Part shown: positions 58,075 through 64,000 of the stretch, piece after piece | Position numbering within the stretch: the first letter of the stretch is position 1 | Layout of the letters: the number at the start of each line of letters is the position of its first letter | Assembly (NCBI GenBank): GCA_041664465.1 | Contig: JBAYKP010000003.1 | Span: forward strand, 19,405-83,404 | DNA: 64,000 nucleotides | Source: Minisyncoccota bacterium | Lineage (GTDB): Bacteria; Patescibacteriota; Minisyncoccia; Phycocordibacterales; UBA9973 | Direction of reading: 5' to 3' | Notes under the pieces: generated by a model | Databases searched by the model: none | What the model was told of the DNA's origin: nothing | The model's input: the letters and a program-made list of their open reading frames with translations, nothing else | Position numbers and translations under genes: made by a program

Positions 58075-59004
58075 ATGAACACAAAACTTGAACAACTTAA
58101 AAGGGAGTTTTTGGAGCATGTGGAAATAGAGAAAGGAAATAGCTTAAAGACTGTGAATAATTACGACCATTACATAAGTCGTTTTTTGGATTTTGCCAAG
58201 ATTGATAATCCGAAAGATATTACAGACGATAAAATTCGTGAGTTTAGACTTTTCTTAAATAGACAGCCTGGGGTGAAGGTTCGTGGGCAATCATCCGCGA
58301 CTCTCAAGAAGAATACACAGAATTACTATCTGATAGCCCTTCGGACTTTTCTTAAATATCTTATGAAAAGAGATGTCCCCTCCCTTTCTCCTGATAGAAT
58401 AGACTTGGCAAAAGTAAAAGAACGCTCGCTAGATCTTATCTCTGTGGATGAACTTAATAGATTATTGAAGGCCCCTGAGTCTTCCCCTAGGTCGGACCTA
58501 GGGGCAAAAAAATCTTTGCGTGATAAAGCAATTCTTGAGCTTTTCTTCTCGACAGGTCTTCGTCTCTCAGAGCTTTGCTCACTTAATAGAGATTTAGATT
58601 TATCAAAAGATGAATTTTCAATTCGTGGAAAAGGGGAAAAGGTAAGAGTAGTCTTCCTTTCTGATTCGGCCAAGAGTGCGATAAGAGAATATTTGAAAAA
58701 TAGAAAGGATTTAGATGAGCCATTATTCATACAATATTCTAGGAATGGGGCCAAGGGGAACCGTTTAACACCAAGATCTATAGAGAGGATAGTGAAATAC
58801 TATGCAATAAAGGCTGGGATATCAAAGAAAGTTACTCCGCATGTTATTCGCCATTCGTTCGCCACTGACTTACTTTCAAATGGTGCCGATATTCGCTCGG
58901 TCCAGATGATGCTCGGGCATGCCAACATTGCTACGACACAGATATACACACACATAACAGACAAGCAACTTCGTGACGTGCATAAGAAGTTTCATTCGAA
59001 TTAA
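58075..59004 (+). CDS. xerC: Tyrosine recombinase XerC/XerD
   Basis: RDKAILE...STGLR.SEL, GKG.K.R, TPH..RHSFAT, LGH....TTQIYT; not next to a mobile element. Confidence 0.85.
   Translation: MNTKLEQLKREFLEHVEIEKGNSLKTVNNYDHYISRFLDFAKIDNPKDITDDKIREFRLFLNRQPGVKVRGQSSATLKKNTQNYYLIALRTFLKYLMKRDVPSLSPDRIDLAKVKERSLDLISVDELNRLLKAPESSPRSDLGAKKSLRDKAILELFFSTGLRLSELCSLNRDLDLSKDEFSIRGKGEKVRVVFLSDSAKSAIREYLKNRKDLDEPLFIQYSRNGAKGNRLTPRSIERIVKYYAIKAGISKKVTPHVIRHSFATDLLSNGADIRSVQMMLGHANIATTQIYTHITDKQLRDVHKKFHSN
58484..58504. repeat. Family C mini-hairpin in-frame in xerC
   Basis: CCCCTAGGTCGGACCTAGGGG, encoding SPRSDLG just before RDKA. Confidence 0.8.
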
Positions 59005-59018
59005 TATATAATAAAATT

Positions 59019-59792
59019 ATGAAAATAATTAGCTGGAATACAAATGGTTTGCGGGCGACGGCGAAGCAAGGGAATCTCATTCCCCTTTTTGCATATAACA
59101 ATGCAGACATTGTCTGCTTGCAGGAGACCAAGTGTGAGCCGGATCAGCTAGATGACGCCACGAGGAATTTAAAGGGTTATCATTCATATTTTTCATATTC
59201 TAAACTTCGTAAGGGTTATAGTGGTGTGGCTATTTATTCTAAAGTGGAGCCCTTAAAGGTTGAATATGATATGGGTATTAAAAGATTTGATGATGAAGGG
59301 CGAACGATTGTCGCTTATTACCCGAATTTTGTTTTAATAAATTGTTACTTCCCTAACGCAGGCATTGATCCTGCAAGATTAAAATATAAATTAGAATTTT
59401 ACGATGCATTTTTGAAATTTATAAATAAACTGAAAAAAAGTGGCAAGAATGTAATCTTCACTGGTGATGTGAATACTGCTCACAATGCTATTGACCTCGC
59501 TCGTCCGAAAGCCAACGAGAACAATACCGGCTTCTTAAGAATAGAAAGAGACTGGCTTGATAAAGTTGTTGCGAATGATTTCGTGGATATCTTCCGCACT
59601 CTTCACCCTGAAATGAAGGATGTATACACTTATTGGGATATGAAGACCGGTGCCCGAGCCCGTAACGTCGGCTGGCGTATAGATTACTTCTTCACAAACG
59701 AATCTTTCCTAAAAAATGTAAAATCTTTCAAAACCCTTACAGATTACCCCGGCTCAGATCACTGCCCGATAATGATTGACATTAGTGTCTAG
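59019..59792 (+). CDS. xth: Exodeoxyribonuclease III
   Basis: SWN.NGLRA, CLQETK, GYSGV, GD.N.AH, GWRIDY and SDHCP motifs. Confidence 0.95.
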   Translation: MKIISWNTNGLRATAKQGNLIPLFAYNNADIVCLQETKCEPDQLDDATRNLKGYHSYFSYSKLRKGYSGVAIYSKVEPLKVEYDMGIKRFDDEGRTIVAYYPNFVLINCYFPNAGIDPARLKYKLEFYDAFLKFINKLKKSGKNVIFTGDVNTAHNAIDLARPKANENNTGFLRIERDWLDKVVANDFVDIFRTLHPEMKDVYTYWDMKTGARARNVGWRIDYFFTNESFLKNVKSFKTLTDYPGSDHCPIMIDISV

Positions 59793-59837
59793 ATAGGAGT
59801 AGAATTAAAATAAGTTTTAGTAAGCCTTAGTAGTTAG

Positions 59838-59877
59838 AAAGCGGTATGTGTAGCCCCCTGCACATTGCCGCTTTTTT
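59838..59877. terminator. Intrinsic terminator
   Basis: AAAGCGGTATGTGTAG..CTGCACATTGCCGCTTTTTT. Confidence 0.6.
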
Positions 59878-59941
59878 ATTTAAGCATCTGGGTAACCAGT
59901 GCCACCATTTGGTCTTTTTTGTTTGGATGGCTTTCAGCAAT
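59876..59941 (-). pseudogene. C-terminal remnant resembling Fic/Doc-RhuM family proteins
   Basis: IAESHPNKKDQMVALVTQMLK*; in-frame stop just upstream and no upstream start. Confidence 0.45.
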
Positions 59942-59989
59942 GTATTTTTGTTATATAGGCTTTATTTATAAAGAATAATTTTAAGGATG

Positions 59990-60026
59990 GTTGACAGTTG
60001 ACAGTAAACTGTCAACCATATATACT
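59990..60026 (+). promoter_or_regulatory. Promoter with overlapping palindromic operator
   Basis: TTGACA 59998-60003, 17 bp, TATACT 60021-26; palindrome GTTGACAGT-AA-ACTGTCAAC 59997-60016. Confidence 0.75.
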
Positions 60027-60033
60027 AGTTTAT

Positions 60034-61011
60034 ATGATTACAGATACAGCAGAAAAGATAATTAAGTATATTAAGCTCAAACAACAAGTAACAGCCCATG
60101 AATTGACGAACTATCTTGGTATTTCAAGGCAGGCTTTTTATAAGCAAATAACTAAATTAATAAAAGATGAAAGTATCTATAAAACTGGCCAACCACCGAA
60201 AGTTTTTTATTTGATTAAGGGAAAAAGTGTTGTTAAAAAAGACGAAATAGTAAAGCCAGATATTAAAAAGATTATTGATAAGAATTATCTTATTATTACT
60301 CCAGCAGGAGAAATGAAGAATGGGGTGGACGGCTTTTCATATTGGTGTAGTAGAAATAATCTTCCTTTCGGAAAAACCGCAGAAGAATATGTAAAGACAC
60401 TTGCAAAATATGATGTTTGGAAAAAAGATGGAATGATAGATGGAACTCAAAAATTAAAAGGGTCTTTCAAAGAAATTGGATTGGACAAAATGTTTTATTT
60501 GGATTTCTATGCAATTGAAAGATTTGGAAAGACAAGACTTGGACAATTACTTCTCTATGCTAAACAAAGCCAAGATAAAAAAATGATAAAGAACATAAGC
60601 GAAGAAGCCCGCTCCCCTATTTTGAAATTGATCAAAAAATATCAAATAGATGCTGTGGCCTTTATTCCTCCTACAGTTAAAAGAGAGGTTCAACTCATAA
60701 AGGAATTGAAGAATCAACTGTCTTTACCACTTATGGAGATTAATTTAGTTAAAGCAAAAACAGAAGTTATAGTTCCTCAGAAAACTCTTAGCAAACTTGA
60801 GGATAGAATAGAAAATGCCAGAAAGTCTATATTTGTGAACGACAAGAAGACTTGCAGGAATATACTTATGATTGACGACGCTGTCGGTTCTGGGGCGACT
60901 CTAAATGAAACAGCCTTGCAAATTAAGAAAATGAAAGTTTGCTCTGGCAAAATCATTGGTCTTGCTATTACAGGTAGTTTTAAAGGTTTTGATGTAATAA
61001 GTGAAGTTTAA
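60034..61011 (+). CDS. wHTH + phosphoribosyltransferase (ComF-like C-terminus) protein
   Basis: N-terminal HTH (ELTNYLGISRQA); IPPT, QK.L....R..NA and ILMIDDAVGSGATL PRPP-binding motif. Confidence 0.8.
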   Translation: MITDTAEKIIKYIKLKQQVTAHELTNYLGISRQAFYKQITKLIKDESIYKTGQPPKVFYLIKGKSVVKKDEIVKPDIKKIIDKNYLIITPAGEMKNGVDGFSYWCSRNNLPFGKTAEEYVKTLAKYDVWKKDGMIDGTQKLKGSFKEIGLDKMFYLDFYAIERFGKTRLGQLLLYAKQSQDKKMIKNISEEARSPILKLIKKYQIDAVAFIPPTVKREVQLIKELKNQLSLPLMEINLVKAKTEVIVPQKTLSKLEDRIENARKSIFVNDKKTCRNILMIDDAVGSGATLNETALQIKKMKVCSGKIIGLAITGSFKGFDVISEV

Positions 61012-61021
61012 ATAACATTAT

Positions 61022-61056
61022 AAAAAATCGACTAGGTCTTGCCTAGTCGATTTTTT
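61022..61056. terminator. Bidirectional terminator
   Basis: AAAAAATCGACTAGG-TCTTG-CCTAGTCGATTTTTT. Confidence 0.8.
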
Positions 61057-62590
61057 ATACCCCATGCTTTTTGTGTAATTTCTCAATTTCTTCTTTTTCT
61101 AGTTCATCCTTTTTCTCTTTTCCGCGTTCCCCTAGTGTTTTCAGCTCATCATCGCCGAGCATATCTAGGGAAGCGACTAATTCACTCAGATGCTCAGGAG
61201 TGTTTTTGGTGGGGTCGTCGAGGACTTCTTCGAGGAGGGCATTCAGAATCCATCCCATTCGGGGCCCAGGTTTCATGTGTAACACCTCCATCATATACTT
61301 GCCGTTAATAGCTAATTGACCGACGGAGATAGGATCACGGAGGACTTCTTCTATCATTGCATGATATTTGCGGAGTCTATAAGGGGTCTCTTTCTTCTTC
61401 ATTCCTACCCTATCGCACTCGCGAACATTCATAAGGTCCCAGATATTCTCCTTGCCGACATGCTGGACTACCCTTCTGACAGCCGAAAGTGTTATCTTCT
61501 CTGTATCTGAGAAGAACATATGGTTTCTCGTGAAACTAATCACCTTTTCTATAGTATTTCTAGGATATTTCAATCTTTCCATTATTTGCTTTGTCATTCT
61601 AGCTCCTATCACTTCGTGGCCGTAGAATGTATATTCTTTCTTGGTTCCTACCCTTCTAGACCTTGGCTTGCCTATATCGTGAAAGAGGGCTGAAAGACGA
61701 ACTTCCAAAGACCAGCCTTTATTTGCAGCATGATCGAGAGCATGAAGTAGATGCTCCCAAACATCATATATATGGGCACCTTTCTGCTCGCATCCTATAC
61801 CCTCTTCAAGTTCTGGAATTATATATTTGAGCAAATTAAGCTTTTGGAGTAAGCCTATTCCAGCGACTGGATTATCTGAGTTTATTATCTTTGTGAATTC
61901 ATCACGGATTCTTTCAAAAGATATATTCTTTATTAAACTTGAATTATCTACAATTGCCTGCATTGTTTCATATGAAACAGCAAAATCGAGTTGGACGGAG
62001 AATCGAATAGCTCGAAGCATACGTAAGGCATCTTCCCTAAATCTATCATTCGGGTTACCTACGGCTCTGATAACTTTGTCCTTTATGTCCTTTACACCAC
62101 CAAATAAATCTATAAGATGTCCGTTACTATGACTACCCTCCTTTGCCAAGGCTATGGCGGGCGAGTAAGCCAAAGCATTGATTGTAAAGTCTCGTCTTTT
62201 TAAATCATCTTCTATATTTTCACTGAAATTTACTTCGTCCGGATGGCGAAAATCGCTATATTTTGCTTCGGTTCTATAGGTTGTAACCTCAATTATTGTA
62301 TTTTCCTCCCCTGCTAAGGGGAGGTGGCTGTAAGCCGGAGGGGTCAAAGGGAGAACTATTCCAACGGTTCCAAATTTATTCTCATATATAGTCTTTTCAA
62401 ATAAAGGTATTATCCCCTCGGGTTTAGCATTTGTGGCTATATCCCAATCTTTTGGTTCCCTCTCTAATATTAGATCTCTTACACAGCCACCCACTAGAAA
62501 GGCCTCAAAACCTGCTTTTTTGAGTGTTTCCGTTACACGTGTAACATATTCTGGTATTTTTGACTTATCTATGTTTAGATGATTAGTCAT
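61055..62590 (-). CDS. cca: CCA tRNA nucleotidyltransferase with HD domain
   Basis: VGGCVRD, DWDIAT, EVTT.R, RRDFTINA, EDALR..RA.RF, HDIGK; adjacent tRNAs lack encoded CCA; start 62590 or 62611. Confidence 0.9.
   Translation of the reverse strand: MTNHLNIDKSKIPEYVTRVTETLKKAGFEAFLVGGCVRDLILEREPKDWDIATNAKPEGIIPLFEKTIYENKFGTVGIVLPLTPPAYSHLPLAGEENTIIEVTTYRTEAKYSDFRHPDEVNFSENIEDDLKRRDFTINALAYSPAIALAKEGSHSNGHLIDLFGGVKDIKDKVIRAVGNPNDRFREDALRMLRAIRFSVQLDFAVSYETMQAIVDNSSLIKNISFERIRDEFTKIINSDNPVAGIGLLQKLNLLKYIIPELEEGIGCEQKGAHIYDVWEHLLHALDHAANKGWSLEVRLSALFHDIGKPRSRRVGTKKEYTFYGHEVIGARMTKQIMERLKYPRNTIEKVISFTRNHMFFSDTEKITLSAVRRVVQHVGKENIWDLMNVRECDRVGMKKKETPYRLRKYHAMIEEVLRDPISVGQLAINGKYMMEVLHMKPGPRMGWILNALLEEVLDDPTKNTPEHLSELVASLDMLGDDELKTLGERGKEKKDELEKEEIEKLHKKHGV
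61269..61284. promoter_or_regulatory. parS-like site (in cca)
   Basis: GGTTTCATGTGTAACA vs consensus TGTTTCACGTGAAACA. Confidence 0.4.
62305..62345 (+). repeat. Family B repeat inserted in-frame in cca
   Basis: CCTCCCCTGCTAAGGGGAGGTGGCTGTAAGCCGGAGGGGTC; encodes TPPAYSHLPLAGEE. Confidence 0.88.
62531..62546. promoter_or_regulatory. parS-like site (in cca)
   Basis: Perfect palindrome GTTACACGTGTAAC at 62532-62545. Confidence 0.55.
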
Positions 62591-62634
62591 AATATTTATA
62601 AAGTTAGTCAAATGATAACTTTAGTTATTTTCTG

Positions 62635-62705
62635 TGCGGGGTAGGAGAATCGGACTCCTGTCTCATCCTTGGCAAGGACGTGTTCTACCACTAAACCAAC
62701 CCCGC
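62635..62705 (-). tRNA. tRNA-Gly(GCC)
   Basis: GCGGGGT acceptor stem; anticodon arm GTCC-TTGCCAA-GGAT; T-loop TCCGATT (non-canonical). Confidence 0.9.
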
Positions 62706-62830
62706 ATATTATTTATAACTAGTTGCTATTATAATATTTTTAATGACTAAATGCAATTGATTTTTAGCTTTGGTAAATAAAGACATTTTGTAAAGAATTA
62801 GAAATGATGTATAATATAAATGTAGTATTT

Positions 62831-62902
62831 GCACCCGTAGTGAAATGGATATCATACCCGCCTTCGAAGCGGTCGTTCCAAGTTCGACTCTTGGCGGGTG
62901 CA
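62831..62902 (+). tRNA. tRNA-Arg(TCG)
   Basis: GCACCCG/CGGGTGC acceptor stem; CCGC-CTTCGAA-GCGG anticodon arm; GTTCGA. Confidence 0.92.
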
Positions 62903-63129
62903 CAAATATCTAATGATTTGCCCTTTATTAGTCTTTTATGCACGGAAAAATCCCTTAGGAATTAAGATTTATGTGTATAACTATGTGAGCATTGTTTATA
63001 AAAGACAAGTTATATACTATGTTACGTCTATCAGTTTTTCAAATTTTTAAAGATAATACTGTTATATTATAAGTATATTTATGAAGGACAAGATTATAAA
63101 ATAGATTTTATGTCCAATATATAGATAAG

Positions 63130-63145
63130 TGTTTCACGTGGCACA
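63130..63145. promoter_or_regulatory. parS-like site
   Basis: TGTTTCACGTGGCACA, 2 mismatches to consensus. Confidence 0.55.
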
Positions 63146-63149
63146 CTTT

Positions 63150-63563
63150 ATGAAGAATTTTACTTCAAATTCTCAAAAGATAGGAGAGTTGGGCGAGGAT
63201 GTCGCTTGTAAGTTTCTCATGAAACACGATTTTTCTATATTAGAAAGGAATTATACTAAGAAATGGGGGGAGATAGATATAATAGCCCAAAAAGGGGATA
63301 AGAGGTATTTCATAGAAGTGAAATCGAAAAGTGTATCCTCTTTAGATTTTGCTACGGGCTTTAATGAGGATGGGAAAGAGACCAATAGACCCGAAGAGAA
63401 TATGCACCCTTGGAAGATGAGGAGACTTCGAAGGATAGTGGAGACTTACTTGATAAGCAAGAGGCTAGGATATGTAGACTGGCAGTTTGACTTACTAGTT
63501 GTGTATTTAGATATTGACCACAGAAAGGCAAGAGTGAAAGTAGTAGAGAATATAATATTGTGA
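63150..63563 (+). CDS. yraN: YraN/UPF0102 family nuclease
   Basis: G..GE..A..FL, ERNY....GEIDIIA, FIEVK and FD motifs. Confidence 0.9.
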   Translation: MKNFTSNSQKIGELGEDVACKFLMKHDFSILERNYTKKWGEIDIIAQKGDKRYFIEVKSKSVSSLDFATGFNEDGKETNRPEENMHPWKMRRLRRIVETYLISKRLGYVDWQFDLLVVYLDIDHRKARVKVVENIIL

Positions 63564-63567
63564 TTTG

Positions 63568-63638
63568 TGCGGGATAAGGGAGTCGAACCCTTCACCACAG
63601 TTTGGAAAACTGTTATTTTACCGATAAACTAATCCCGC
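63568..63638 (-). tRNA. tRNA-Gly(TCC)
   Basis: GCGGGAT/ATCCCGC acceptor stem; ACAGT-TTTCCAA-ACTGT anticodon arm; GGTTCGA. Confidence 0.93.
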
Positions 63639-63732
63639 AAATGTTTTATCAATATACACTATTTTAAATATTTATTCAACAAGAAATAAAATTGTAATTA
63701 TTACAAAATATGCTAATATAAGGGAGTTATAT

Positions 63733-63803
63733 CGGGGTGTAGTATATCGGTAGTATCCATGTTTTGGGAACATGAGGGCCGGGTTCGATTCCCGGCACCC
63801 CGA
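63733..63803 (+). tRNA. tRNA-Pro(TGG)
   Basis: CGGGGTG/CACCCCG acceptor stem; CATGT-TTTGGGA-ACATG anticodon arm; GGTTCGATTCC. Confidence 0.93.
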
Positions 63804-63972
63804 CAAAATGAAAAAGCTCTCTTCGGAGAGCTTTTTCATTTTGTCGGGGTGAGCAAGAGAACTGCTTCTCTTGCGTCCGGGAAGCGAAAGACTTTTCGTT
63901 CTCTTGTGATAACAAGAGCGAAAAGTACCTGACGATGTAATCGTCGATAAGTGTACTCACGGTCCTGGCACC
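63796..63972 (+). other. Structured tRNA trailer containing an antisense copy of the tRNA 3' end
   Basis: 26-bp perfect stem 63796-63821/63826-63851; CCGGGAAGCGAA 63877-88 complementary to the T-arm; three further hairpins. Confidence 0.7.
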
Positions 63973-64000
63973 TTTTATATTTTGTATTCTTTGCTATAAT

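Noticed and set aside
58075-59004. Integron or prophage integrase
   Set aside because: No obvious IntI-specific insertion, attC array or phage genes; housekeeping context (rpsO, xth) fits chromosomal Xer.
62581-62612. Possible dif site (TTATGACTAAT half)
   Set aside because: Weak match, and it lies near the origin rather than the terminus.
62709-63960. ORFs 62709..62903 and 63727..63960
   Set aside because: Antisense shadows of tRNA-Arg and tRNA-Pro.
1-64000. Alternative genetic code (UGA=Gly) suggested by two Gly tRNAs
   Set aside because: The anticodons are GCC and TCC, not TCA; core genes are full-length under code 11, and TGA ends genes such as yraN.

Overview
AT-rich chromosomal window from a Patescibacteria/CPR genome. 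A Parcubacteria/Nomurabacteria-like origin is inferred from gene content, apparently leaderless genes and CPR-typical families. The window spans the replication origin (dnaN-oriC-dnaA / rpmH-rnpA-yidD-yidC-jag). It contains housekeeping genes (pilB, ruvBC, tyrS, PBP1A, rsmA, pcrA, comM, pnp, rpsO, xerC, xth, cca, yraN), four tRNAs, and an ~18.6 kb VirB4/PrgI/VirB6/pilin T4SS-like cluster interrupted by AbiE and PemK/MazF toxin genes. A block of large ORFan and cell-wall genes follows. The most unusual signals are non-coding: (1) an orphan PemK/MazF toxin faced by a consensus promoter that could drive a compact structured RNA (candidate RNA antitoxin); (2) GC-rich palindromic repeat families inserted in-frame in RsmA, Cca, XerC, PcrA and a T4SS-cluster gene; (3) a structured trailer after tRNA-Pro complementary to the tRNA's own 3' end; (4) a single-gene ATPase island flanked by a 91-bp duplication of the pcrA start; (5) a 6S-like rod RNA candidate; (6) minimal remnants of deleted YafQ and Fic/RhuM genes. 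All calls are by eye; no database searches were run.
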